Of a stretch of DNA of 64,000 bases, positions 39,214 through 53,335 are shown in pieces (position 1 is the first letter of the stretch; the number at the start of each line of letters is the position of its first letter). The stretch lies in the NCBI RefSeq assembly GCF_009914755.1, contig NC_060937.1; one strand, 5' to 3'. The translations under genes and the position numbers were made by a program. The DNA is from the human T2T-CHM13v2.0 reference genome, Homo sapiens. The notes under the pieces are model-generated. The model did no database searches. It was not told where the DNA came from and saw only the letters and a list, made by a program, of their open reading frames with translations.

Positions 39214-40699
39214 AAAGGAATTCTTCACGTAAGAAAGAAATTATACGTTGGTCTTCATTAAAATTAAAAAATTCTGCTTTTGCAAAAGACGCTGTCAAGA
39301 AAATGAAAGACAAGCCACAGATGGGGAGAATTTGCAAAACGCATATCTGATAATGGGCTACTATCCAAAATATGCAAAAAACTCTTAAAAACGCAGCAAT
39401 AGAATCCAAACGACCTGATTTAATATGTGCCAAAGACATTAATAGACACCTCACAACAGAATGATGTCAAAAAAGATGTTCCTTGTCACATGTCATCAAG
39501 GAAATGCAAATTGAAACAATCATATATCACTACATACATGTTAGAGTGGTCAAAATCCAGACCACTGACAACCCCAAATGCTGAAAAGGATATGAAACAA
39601 CAGGAATTCTCATTCATTGTTGGTGGGAAAGCAAAATAGTACAGGCCTTTTGGAAGACAATTTTGTGGTTTCTTGCAAGACTATACATACTCTTACCATG
39701 TGATCCAGTAATCACCTTCCTTGATATTTTTCCAAAGGAATCAAAAACTTATGTCTACACAAAATCTGCACACAAATGTTTATAACAGCTTTGTTTATGA
39801 TTGCCAAAACTTGGAAGCAACCAAGATGTCCTTCAGTAGGTGAATGAATAAATAAACTGTGGTACATCCAGAAAATGGCATATTATTCAGTGCTAAAAAG
39901 AAATGAGCTGCTAAGCTGTGAAACGACATGGAGGAAACCTAAATGCATATTATTAAATGAAAGAAGCCAATCTGAAAAGGCTACATGCTATATAGTTCCA
40001 ACTATATGACATTCTAGAAAAGTCAAAATGATAGAGACAGTAAAAAAATCAGTGGTTGCCAGGGGTCAGGGAGTGGGAGGAATGAATAGGTGGAGCAGAG
40101 AAGATTTTTAGGGCAGTGAAAACCCTCTGTATGATACTATAATGGTGGATATGATATGTACCGTTATACATTTGTCCAAACCCATAAGATGTACATCACC
40201 AAGATTATCACCCTAATATAAACTATGGTCTTTGGGTGATAATGATGTATCAATGTAGTTTCATCAGTTTGTATGTATCACTCTGTAAACAGATGTAAAT
40301 GTATCACTCTGGTGCGGAATATTGATAATGGGAGAAGCTATGAATGTGTGGGAGCAGGGGCCATATGGAAAATCTATGTATCTTCCTCTAAATTTTCATA
40401 AGAATCTAAAACTGCTCTTAAAATTAGACTCTATTAAAAATAAAGAAATAATGAGGGTTCCTGCTCTTCTATTTCCTATAGAGCAGAAAACTCATGCTTG
40501 GAGGTGGGAATTCTTGGCACTGGGGCCTCCCTGTGCTTTGAACTTATGTTATTGTGGAGTGCCTGATATGGGCTCACCAATCTCTTCTTTTATCCACGGT
40601 CACTTGCCATCATGGACCCCTCACATCCCTGCCATAATTTCTGTCTTGTGCTATGCTTGGGAATTTCATGAAAGGTGATTTTTAAAACCCAACATTTAT

Positions 40700-40930
40700 A
40701 GTCAAGAGCATGGACTTTAGAATCAGAAAGCCTTGAGATGGAATTCCACCTCAATCATTTGCTATTTGTGTGACACTGGGCAAGCTGCTTAACCTACATA
40801 TGCCCCATGTTTCCTCTGGAAATGCAACACATCCCTGCTTCAGTGGGTTGGCAAAAGGAATATAGTAGATTATGTGTGTAAGAAAGCTTATGTCACTCAG
40901 TGCATGAGGTAAGCCCTCAATATAAGACAT
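40700..40930 (+). mobile_element. MIR
   Basis: aagagcatggactttagaatcaga...tgtgtgacactgggcaagctgcttaacct. Confidence 0.75.
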
Positions 40931-41998
40931 CTATTTTCATTCCTGTTGGATCCAGATGCTTGTACCAATTTTATGTAAATTACCACCTAAATGCATGTAG
41001 TCTTATGGTTTCCTCTTATTGCTCCATAAGCGAAACTGCATGCTCCCTAAAGCCAAAAGAATGATGCTCACATTTCAGTATTGAACAAATAGTAATTGCT
41101 CTATAAACATTTATCAAATTGATTTATGGAATCAATCATACTACTGTATGTAGTGTGTGGTGCATCAAATTAAGTATTAGACTACAGATGTACCTATCTT
41201 TGAGGAATTTATGGTTTAACAAAGAATTTCTCAAAAGAGCTTGTAATTCTATATTTTCTCTCTTAACCAGTTCCAAATGTACTCATTGCTAGAAATGAGT
41301 TAGTGGCTGGAAATTTAAGCACATGGTATGTTTTCACATCTCCTCACATAAATGGACAGGCCCAGTAAATCATAGAACCGTGATCTGAAATGAAGTTGGG
41401 AGAAACTATTTTCACTACTATAAGCAATGGCCTGAAACCCCTGCCTCCTTGGCTGTACCTCTGTCTCTCTTAACACCAATGAGATGGTGAAGATATTTGT
41501 GTCATCTTTTACGTCCTGGGGTTTGCTCCCTCTTCGAGCCTCACAGTTTGCTCATCGGTAAAATGGAGTAATGATAATACTTGTGAAGATTAAATTAGGC
41601 TATGTTAAGAAACGGCTAGCTTCTGACTTCTATCAGGCATTCGATAAGCAGCAACTGGCATTTCTTGGCTTCACTTCTCAGCTGAGCTTTGGTGTCCCTC
41701 ACCCTAGCTGCCCTTCCCCCATATGCCAACTTATCTCCCTCTGTTTCCCTTGGCGGGGATGGCTCCTGTCGTTTTCACTGCTGCATCCCTAGCACCTAGT
41801 AGTGTGTGTACATGAATAGAGCTCTAAAGGCGTTTGACAGCCAAGGATTATATTATAGATACAGGATTACTGTGTGAGGGGCAGCCTACCTTCTTCCTAT
41901 AGTAATTTTCCCCATACAATATATGGTAGTTGCTCAACCTGCCACAAAAGGGCTTCTCTAAAACACTAAGAGGTTTTCTACATTTAAAAATTTCTATT

Positions 41999-42278
41999 GG
42001 CTGGGTGCGGTGGCTCATGCCTGTAACCCCAGCACCTTGGGAGACCAAGGCAAGAGGATTGCTTGAGCCCGGGAGTTTGGCAATATAGCGAGACCCTTTC
42101 TCTAAAAACAATGTTTAGAAATTAGATGGGCATAGTGGCACATCCTTGTGGTACCAGCTACTTGGGAAGCAGAGGTTGGAGGCTTGACTGAGCCCAGAAG
42201 GTCGAAGCTTCAGTGAGTCATGATCATACCACTGTACTCCAGCCTGGGTGACAAAGGAAGACGCTGTTTCAAAAAAAA
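41999..42278 (+). mobile_element. AluJ
   Basis: Dimeric Alu with J diagnostics and an internal deletion. Confidence 0.88.
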
Positions 42279-42299
42279 TTTTTTTAATTTATATGGTGA

Positions 42300-42878
42300 T
42301 TCCTAGAATAATTAAACATAGAATTACCATATGATCCAGCAATTCCAATTCTGGGTATAAACTCAAAATAATGAAAAGTAAAAATGTAAACACATTTATA
42401 CACCCATAACAGCATTATTCACAAAAGCCAAAAGCTGGAAAAAAACCCCAACGTCCATCAAAGGATGAATGGATAAACAAGATGTGTTATATACATACAA
42501 TGGAATGTTATTCAGCCTTAAAAAGAGAATGAGATTCTGATACATGCCACAACACGGATGAACCCAGAAAACGTGCTAAATAAAATGAACCATGCACAAA
42601 AGGGCAAATATTGTATGATTCTACTTATGCTATATCTAGAAAATTCATAGAGACAGAAAAGAATATAGTAGTTCCCAGGGACAGAGGGGGGCAGGTGGAA
42701 AGGGGAGTTATGTAATGGGTACAGAGTTTCTGTTGGGGGTGATGAATAAGCTCTGGAGATGTGATGATTGGGACGGCTGCACAATGATGTGACTATACTT
42801 AATGCCACTGAACTGCACACTCGGAATTGTTAAAATGGTAAATGTTATGTTATGTATATTTTATTGCACGCAAAAAGT
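42300..42878 (+). mobile_element. L1MB 3' end
   Basis: acatagaattaccatatgatccagcaattcc...cttaatgccactgaactg..cac...aaaatggtaaat. Confidence 0.85.
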
Positions 42879-44293
42879 CTTATTTAGAACAGTTCAACCC
42901 AGCAGGAGAATCTGTTCTGCTCCTGCTGACAGGGAGCAGGGGCAGGGAAGGAGCTTCCTCCCAGAAACTCCAGCCCAGGCAGCCTCCCCAGTGCTGCTCG
43001 GCACTTTTAATTACCACTAGCGTCCGACTGTTCCTCAAAGTCTCAACTGGGGGCTGTGTCAGTTGGCCCCTGCCACATCCTGATTGCCTTGCAGAAACTG
43101 CCTTCCTGGGCCATAATTGTCTTTTCAGATTACCTGGGTGCACGGACGGTAATCATTTGCTTGAACGTGATTGTGTCCTCAGCATGACACTAGAGGCTGG
43201 GCATAATAGAGCGTGAATAGAATTCAGGTGACTTGAAATTTGGTTTCCCCAGTTGACTTTTTCCCCACCCCACTCCCCATCCCTTCTCAGCTTCTCTGGC
43301 ACATTGCAGCTTTCACTCCTTTGACAATATGGGCCGATTCTCTGGGTAGAAGTGGCATCTTGGTGCTCATTTGCATTTTCTACTGATGACATCCATATCA
43401 GAAGAAACCTGTCCATACTGTAGATCAAAATGATTTTTTTCCATCCTTAGCTGCCAGAACAATTCTTATCACTGAAGATCAAATATATTCCATGAGCTCA
43501 TATATCATCATTACCTACAATACAAATTCTGAAATCCAAGCAGACCTGGCAATTTTATTGATGTTCAGAGCGGAACAGAGCCCAGGTCACCCTGAATCAG
43601 TTGCACTGCCTTTGCCTTGCTGACAGCAACAAACATGTCACTGACAATATTACCAAAGAAAAGATGACTCGGTAAGTTCCATGCAGAAGGTAACTTGTCA
43701 GTGACAGGGGTGGGATATTTTTATCCTTATAACTCAGTGCTAATGAAATTGGTGGGAAGAACATCTGACTGAGAATGTGTCCCCCAGGGAGCAGGGAGAA
43801 GCAGAAAGCACGGGAGTCGGCCTCTTTTCAAAGTCATTTTTCTCAATACTGTCATGATTTAATCAGGTGGTCTTAACAAGAGCTGAGGAGTGGAGGACCA
43901 GAAGCAATAACCAGTAAGGCCAGTTTTGTCATTCTCAAGCATGGCCTGTGGACAGCTCTGTAAGGCATGGACAATCTGTCATGCCTGGATCTTGGTTTTC
44001 TCATTTGTGCAGTGGAAAGAATCACACTATATGGTCCTTTGCTATTTGGAGGATTAAATGCTGTTTGTCAAGTGATTTGAGATCTAAGAATAGAAAGAAT
44101 TATAATACAGGCCCATCTCACTCTCATTTTACAGTTGTTAGCAATTATTGAGGTATGGAAAGAAAGATGCCCAGCCACGAGAGGTTACCATCTGCCCTTT
44201 ACTGGCATTTGGGGAAGGAAAGGAAATTAGAAAAGAAAAAGAAAATGTCAGTATATCAGAAGAAGATGAAGGGAAGGAGATAGGGTAAGACAT

Positions 44294-44895
44294 TGTGCCA
44301 GTGGTCCCCAAGACCACCCTCAGGTTTGATGATTTACTAGAAAGACTCACGAGGCCCAGAAAAGCAGTTACACTCATGGTTATGGTTTATTACAGCAAAA
44401 GGATATGGATGAAGCAGCAAAGGAGAAAGATACATAGGTCAGATTTTAGGAAAGATGAGGGACAGAGCTTCCGGTTATCCTCTTCCGGTGGAGTTGCATA
44501 GACAGTGTTTAATTCTCTCAGCAACAATGGGTGACAACATGTACTAAGTATTGCCAAACAGGGAAGCTCACCTCAGCCTTGGTGTCCAGTGAGTTTTATT
44601 GGGAACCAGTCATGTAGACAGGTAGTGCCCATAGGACTGGCCTTAGCTACTCAGTCTCCAGCTTCCCTAAAAGGCCAAACTGACACAGCATGGTCCACAG
44701 CCTCAGGTATACAAAAGCATGCATCTACCATAAGGAACATTGTCAGCATAAACTATCTGGTGCGGCCCTAGGCCCCGGGTATACAAAGACAAACTTATCA
44801 GGCAGGATATTCCAAAGGCTCAGAGAATATCTTGCAGCCGCTGGTCAAGAGCCAGTCCTTCCTTTGAAATGTGCTGGGTTTGGGGTCTGCTACAC
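44294..44895 (-). mobile_element. Solo LTR (MER77/MER21 group)
   Basis: ggtccccaagaccaccctcaggtttgatgatttactagaaagactcac...caggcaggatattccaaaggctcagag. Confidence 0.75.
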
Positions 44896-44953
44896 AAACG
44901 TGAAAAGAAGTGAAATCCACATTCCTTCCACCTGCTCTCACTGAGGACAGAAC

Positions 44954-45670
44954 TGTGACTGCCTAACAGGTTCACCTTGCTGGTTGCCTAGACAGAGCCA
45001 ATTTATCAAGACAGGGGAACTGCAATAGAGAAAGAGTAATCCATGTGGGGATGGCTGTGTGGGAGACCAGAGTTTTATTATTACTCAAATCAGTCTCCTG
45101 AGCGTTTGGGGATCTGAGGTTTTAAGAATAATTTGGTGGGTAGTGGGGGCCAATGAGCAAGGAGCGCTGATCGGTCAGGTTGGAGATGAAATATTAGTGA
45201 GTCAAAGCTGTCTTCTTGTGCTGGGTCAGTTCCTAGATGGGGGCCACAAGATCAGATGAGCCACTTTAATAGATCTGGGTAGCAGCAGCTGATCCATCAA
45301 GTGCAGGATCTGCAAAATATCTCAAGCACTGGCCTTAGGTTTTACAATAGTGATGTTATCCCCACGAGCAATTTTAGGAGGATCAGAAACTTGTGGCCTC
45401 CGGCTGCATTACTCCCAAATCATAATTTCTAATCTTTTGGCTAATTTGTTAGTCCTACAAAGGCAGTCTAGTGCCAGGCAAGAAGATTTGTTTTGGGAAA
45501 GGGCTGTTATCATCTTTGTTTTAAACTTTAAACTAAATTCCTCCCAAAGTTAGTTCAGCCTATGTCCAGGAACGAACAAGGACAGCTTGGAGGTTAGAAG
45601 CAAGATGGAATTGGTTAGGTCAGATCTCTTTCACTATCTTAGGCATAATTTTGCAATGGCGATGGTTTCA
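44954..45670 (-). mobile_element. Solo LTR8 (ERV1)
   Basis: Antisense of TGAAACC..TTGCAAAATTATG..GAAAGAGATCT.ACCTAACC..TCCATCTTGCTTCTAACCTCCAAGCTGTCC; TSD gaac. Confidence 0.88.
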
Positions 45671-45777
45671 GAACAATGTTAAATGTGCTGAAATCCTACA
45701 TGCTATGGAACTGCTGAAAAGCTAAAGCCATATTGCAAACACATAATTCATCCATGACTATTCCTCTTTCTCAAGCA

Positions 45778-46099
<322 letters not shown>

Positions 46100-46334
46100 G
46101 CATCTTTTAATATTCTTCATTTTTCAGACTTGATTCACCAAATTTCTTTTAGAACTCAAGACCAGGAAAACAATTACCCTTCATGTTACCTTTTCACCTG
46201 CTTCCTTTAAAAGCCAATGAGAGCATCTTTCCCTCTTCCTTGGCTGCCAGGGTATTCAGAGGGAAGTTTTGTGCTTATTGTCTGCAGCCTATTTTCTGAC
46301 ACAATTGCTCTCTTCTCTTCTCCTCCTCAGTGTG

Positions 46335-46545
46335 ACAAAGTAGAAAGAGCATAGTTTTGGACCCAAAGACATAGATTCAGATACTGACTATTCAACACAC
46401 TGACTGTGTAGCCTTAGACCAATCACTTAACCCCTTTAACCATATGTCCTTGGTAAAATGACTTTTGAAGGTTGTTGAAAAGATTAGAGATAAGGACATA
46501 AAGTGCCTGGTGCTTGGTAGGTGCTAAATAAAGGATAGCTATCTT
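46335..46545 (+). mobile_element. MIR
   Basis: gtagaaagagcatagttttgga...ctgtgtagccttagaccaatcacttaacc. Confidence 0.7.
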
Positions 46546-46591
46546 TTTTGTTTGTTTGTTTCTAAAAAATTGTCTCCCAAAGTGCTGAGAT

Positions 46592-47235
46592 TACTCTTTT
46601 AGTTATTTTTAAATGTACAATAAATTACTGTGGACTGTAATCACTCTGCTGTGCTATCAAATATTAGCTCATATTCATCCTATCTAACTATATTTTTGTA
46701 CCCATTAACCATCCCCACTCCCTTCCACTTTCAGCTACCCTTCCCAGTAACCATCATTCTACTGTCTGTCTCCAAAAGTTTAATTGCTTTAATTTTTAGC
46801 TTCCACAGTGAGAACAGGTGAAGTTTGCCTTTCCATACCTGGCTTATTTCACTTAACGTAATGACCTCCAGTTCTATCCATATTGTTGCAAATGACAGGA
46901 TTTCAGTTTTTTTCTTTTCTTTTTTTTTTTTTTGGATGAACAGTATTTCATTGTGTATGTGTACCACATTTTCTTTTTCCATTCATCTGTTGATGGACAC
47001 TTAGGTTGCTTCTAAATCTTGACTATTGTGAATAGTGCTGCAATAAACATGGAAGTGCAGATACGTCTTCAACATTCCTTTATTTTGGGTATATGCCTAA
47101 CAGTGGGATTGCTGGGTCACATGGTAGTTCTATTTTTATTTTTTTGAGGAGCCTCCATACTGTTATCCATAGTGGCTGTACTAATTTACATTTTCACCAA
47201 CAACGTATAAGGGTTCCCTCTTCCCCATATCCTAA
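46592..47235 (-). mobile_element. L1MA 3' fragment
   Basis: tactcttttagttatttttaaatgtacaataaatt...aatgacctccagttctatccat...ctaatttacattttcaccaac. Confidence 0.85.
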
Positions 47236-47439
47236 AGGGTAGTTATTCTTATTACCACATCTTTTTCTTTTCCTGCATTAATTATTCATTTTTAATCTTT
47301 GAGATATTTTTGTTATTGTTGTTAATGCATTACTAAACCTCCTTAAATCTCCTTGATGCGGACAGGATTACACACTATAAATGACTTTTAAGAGGTACTT
47401 TGTATGGTGGATGTGAGAAGAGGCCTCACGGTTTTCTGA

Positions 47440-48352
47440 TTGCAGGAAGCAAATCGACCGATGGACCCAAATGCTGTGCTTTGAAATCCACAGCTGCATT
47501 TGTGCTGAGGCCATCTTCCCATTGGGCTGCTCCCTGATGAATACCACAGGCATACTAAGGAAGGCCCCTTCCCAGGAAATGCAGTGTCTCTCTGATAAAC
47601 AATTTTGCCCCATCAGGCTTCCCGAGCTTTTCTTAGAACTGTTCTGTGGTCCAAGATGCATGCTCTCAACCCTCCTGTAACTGTAATAGGTCCATTGCCC
47701 GATGTGTGGCAAGTCAGTACACCAAGACACCAGGTTGCAGCAGAGAAAGAAGTTTAATTATAGGGCTGCCTAATGAGGAGATAAGAGGGAACCTCAAATC
47801 TGTCTCCCCAAGGAGTTCTGGGCTAGGATTTTTAAGAGTGTGGAGATTGTTGATTGATGGAAGAGTGCAGGGTGAAGTCATGGGGGAGGGAGATGAAGAA
47901 ACTGTATTCTCATGCTGATTTGGTTCCTCTGTGGAGGTCTTCAAACTGCTTGCCATCAGCTGTTCAGCTGTTTTGCTGGAATTCAGGACCTGAAAAACAC
48001 ATAAAGCAATAGCCTCATTATTCTAAGGTCAGAAATTTTATCTCTAGGAACAATGGGGTTGCAAATGGTCAGTATCTAGTGTTATGGTGACTTTTAGCAA
48101 CAGGAAGTGGGCCAAGGTGCAGCCTGATTACTGCTTAGTTATAACTGTATGTCTGTCCAGAATTCTGGTTAACCCTGTGAGCATGACTTCACTCCTTCCT
48201 TCTAGCCTCTCTCTCTCACTCGAGATAGACCTGCATTGTCATCTGATGGTTCTCTCAGCCTCTCCTGAATCCCTCCACATTTTCTGTAATACATTCGTTC
48301 CATGTTTAAATCTCATCTCAGCATCTGCTTTTTGGAAGCTCCAGAGTTGTCC
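47440..48352 (+). mobile_element. LTR16-like ERVL LTR split by an LTR26-like element
   Basis: catttgtgctgaggcc..cttcccattgggctgctccc, resuming after 48191 to tctcagcatctgctttt. Confidence 0.6.
47676..48191 (-). mobile_element. Solo ERV1 LTR (LTR26-like)
   Basis: TG...CA termini, TSD ctcc, homologous to 6261-7078. Confidence 0.8.
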
Positions 48353-49726
48353 ATAGACTGTTGGCCTAGAATGTGGTGATTGACAGATTGACAGGATGGG
48401 AAACTCTTCTCTCTTTATGGAGAATGAGCTGTGCCCATTTGGGACCCAGCGTAGTAGTAGCAGTACCTTCATCGAGCTGTGATCTCAGTACTCGCTCTGC
48501 AACAAATCTACATGTGTAGTAACTGGAGACACTCTTCTCACTCTTCCTTGGGGTGCTTGGTTGCATTCTAGAAAGAAGGAGTGGTCCACACCTTGCAACT
48601 TCCATCTTGGACACAAGATCATCCCGGACCAAAAGAAAAATCACAAAGACCCTTTTTGTGTCTGGTCCTCAGGGGATTGAGCTATTTAAAAGTTCTGATA
48701 TGAATGTTTATAGGATGCATTTTCCTTCCTTAAGCAAAACACCTCCCACCATGGAGCATTCCTCCTTGACTGACTAAATTAATTTTAACGCAGATTCTCA
48801 GCTGTTTACCTGTCCTACCTTAATCAATAGGGTACCGACAGCAAATAGCTTGACATCTATTAGCTGAATCAGTGTGAAAACATTGTGGAGCTTATTATTG
48901 CACCTCCAACTCTGTTCAGATAACTGAAACTAATTGAAACTATTTTAAGAGCTCATGAATTTGGGACAGTTTTGATGCCATTCAGTCTCAGCCGAGACAG
49001 TGATTCTTTTGAATATATCTATATTACTAGAACATTACTTGCCATGTACTGGCACTGTTTACCTCTTCTAGATACAAGCCCCAATCATAACCATGGCTCA
49101 GCCAAGCTCTGAACCCAAAGGGCCCACCTGAAGGGAGAGGGGAGAGAGTAAGTGTGTGAAGGGTGTTCTAGGCAACCAGAAGCAGACAGTGGCCACACAT
49201 ATACAACAGGCCAGGAGCTCAGCCTGAGTGGGTGAAGCTCTGGGGCAAGGGTGTCTTGTAGCTGGTGATTGGCAGAAATCCAAGCACAGCAAATGACCAA
49301 ACCTGAGAAGGCCCATCAGTCAGTGGTGTGGCTCCATTCCCTGAGATGGAAGGATCTTGGTCAGCAAAGTGCAGCAGAGACTCAGGTAGGGGCAGAAAGA
49401 GCGGGAAGCCAGTTATTAGCAGGAGACTGGGTAAAAAATAAGGCAGAATCCTACATGCTGGAAATGCATTCTGAAGTCAGATTGTCATCCCATTCTGAGG
49501 ACAGAGTGGAAGCAGTGTCAAAGCTGACAGTACTCCAAGAAAAAGCTTCTTACCTTCCTGACAAGGCAGAGGATGGGTGTCTGATTGCAGAGTGTAGGAG
49601 AAGGCCAAATTTCCTATAAGCCTGTGGGGTGAGGCTGGGGACAGAGAAGGGAAGAAAAGGATCAGGGAAGGAAGCGGTTAAATTAAGAAAGTTCAGGAGA
49701 TTGGGACACAAGCAAAACATTACAGC

Positions 49727-50763
<1,037 letters not shown>

Positions 50764-52164
50764 CAGCAAAAATAAAAAAAATCAAAATCTAGAAAAAGGA
50801 AACCCCATTGTCTCTAAACTCCCACCAACACATTACTGTCAAAGACATCCAGGATATGAATTTCTTTCCTCTCAGTTCTCCAGCCCTCTGAGCAGGTTCA
50901 GGGATGGTTTCTGCATAAGGAACAAGGAGGCTGTGTGGTTTCTTGTGGTAGACCAGCAGCCCCCGGCAGCTCCAGGAGCCTCTGTAATTCAGCCTTCCTC
51001 TTAATGTTACTGTCACCCCAGATGCCAATGCAGAGCCTGGAGCTTCCATGGTACTGCAGCCAATTTTTTTAAAAGGAGCACTGATTTTAGCAGATTTACA
51101 AACAGAGGCATCGCTATCCATGTGTCAATAATATAGCAGATTGGCATCTTTTCTTTTCCTGGTGCCTCCAAACTTATTAGTTCATTCTTCTTCCCGCTTA
51201 ATAGGGAAGCCAGAGGCATTTTCCCTTTGCCATTAGCGGCTTCTGAAACTAGGAGCACCGTGAAGCTGTGAGGTCTCCTGGTTCCACCCCTGGTCCCACC
51301 ACTCATTCACTCTCTTATATCCATAAAGGATGATCCAGGTGTTCAGCCTCTGCTCCTACAATGACACCCCATTGTCATATCTTTGCTAACTTTTCCTCCT
51401 TTCTGGAAACTTCAATTTTAGCTGCTCATTTGCTTAATTACCTCTATTGCTGATACTCACAAAAAGACTGAAGATGTAACAGATGGTGCCTTGGGATGGG
51501 TGGATGTTATGGATGCAGAACTGTCAACACACCTATCTCAATTCCATTTTAACTTTCACATTATGTCTCCCTGTGGACTGTTGGCAATGAATTAAGCTGA
51601 TGTGTGCTGCCGGCGCCCAGATTCACATCGAGCTCAGTAATTCTTGTTGCCTCCTGTGCTTCCTCCCACTCTCCCTCCACAGTATGTTTGGCTTCCCAGT
51701 GCTTTTGTAATGATCTCTGTAGCATCTTTAAAAACTATTCCACCTCATTTAAAATGTAGCATAAATGATGAGGTTTTGACAAATTAAATAACAATAAGAA
51801 AACATTTTCAATATTCTGTATTTTTCCATTAAGCTCCAAAAAAAAAAATAGCCATTATAAGAGCACCATTCTCAACCCACAGTTAACGATGTGTTAGTCC
51901 TGGTTTCATTAAACACCTCATTATTTAAAGATTTGTAATTCAGTCCAAGAAATCTCCTCTGAAGTTGAAAATAGATCTGATCTCAGTTTAGAAACTTACT
52001 TTTAAAGAATTTGAATTAAGATTGAGTATCCAATGAGGACACTAGTTAATACATAAATGTCTCAGGATGTTAAAATGATGGAACAAAATCAACAGAATGA
52101 AACTTAGCACAGATTATTATTGAATGCTGTGTGAAAGCTGGAAAGTTATAAAATAGAAAGAGCA

Positions 52165-52745
52165 GATATAAGGCATTTGGGAGTTAGAAGACCTGACTTT
52201 GATCCCGGCTCTGCTTCTAAATAGCTGTTTGACTAAACTAGTTACTGGTGCTCTCTGGGTTCAAGTTACCTCATCCATCTAAAGATCTCTAAGACAGCTT
52301 CAGGCTCTTAAAGTGTCAATTGATTATCAAGTACAGATTTAATTCTCCACTAAAAAAGACTAGGGCTCTTTGGAGAAGCGGCTAATTCCAGGCTGGCATA
52401 GCATAGGTAAGCCTGGAGAATAATCTTGCTCTGCTAGAAAGTAAGGAAGTGCAAAAAAAAATAAAAAATCAAAAGACAACAACAAAAAAAGAAAAATTAA
52501 AAACAAAAAAAACAGGGCATGAAAAAAGGATGCAAGAGCCAGATGAAAATGTTCTCACTGGCCAAACTGTAACAATATGAGCAGCAACATAATTAAATAT
52601 AATAATAAATTATGAGAAAGCGAGCAATTGATAAAGCAAGTGGAGTATAATGTTAGCAACAGTGAATCTGGGTAAAGGATATATGAATGTCCTTTGTACT
52701 CTTATTCTTATAGGTCTGAAATTATTTCCAAAGAAAAAGAAAAAA
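52165..52745 (+). mobile_element. MIR followed by old L1M 3' fragments
   Basis: gggagttagaagacctgac..; tagggctctttggagaagcggctaattccagg and gtgaatctgggtaaaggatatatgaatgtcctttgtact. Confidence 0.55.
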
Positions 52746-53019
52746 TTGCACACACGTGCAAGCATGTGTGTGTTTAATATGCAGATTCAGAGCAGCTTGG
52801 CTTTAGAGCTCAGGTAAGAAAACCCAGAAACCTAGGTGACAAAATGCGCTATGGAGCCAAAGTTCAATATGCATGAAAATATACTATTCAAATATTAAAA
52901 CACATATCTGGGGTGCTGGAGTTAGCTTATTAAACTAATTGCTGAGTTTTGCTCATTAAATGGGAGTGAGAAACTGAGGTACTTTTGCAGAAGGGTGACT
53001 AGTGAAGGGTTTGGGAATA

Positions 53020-53335
53020 AGCTCTAAAAGGAAATTGAAAGAACTGGCAAGAGAAAACTGAGATGGGCGTGGGGGAGATGAAAGTTGTTATCAGTTATTT
53101 AAAAGACCAAAATACTCCAGAAGTAAGATTTATTCATTTTAGCTCCAGGGGACAGGAGCACAGATAGACTTGACTCCATAGAAGAAGTAATCCTTTCCTA
53201 TTAGATTTTTCCATGAATGAAATAGTTACCCTACCAGGTAGTAAATTCTCCTTACTGAAAGTTTAGCCTCTACAATAATTGACCCAGAAATGCTGTCCAA
53301 AGAATTCTCACTGTGGGGGAAGGTTGGTCTAAATT
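53020..53335 (+). mobile_element. L3/CR1 LINE 3' relic
   Basis: gggagatgaaagttg..tatttaaaag...tagctccagggg...aggtagtaaattctcc..actgaaag...gggaaggttggtcta. Confidence 0.5.

Noticed and set aside
49060-49620. Purine-rich segment with a 116-aa ORF, possibly an old LTR
   Set aside because: I could not assign a family or termini with confidence, and the ORF has no recognisable homology
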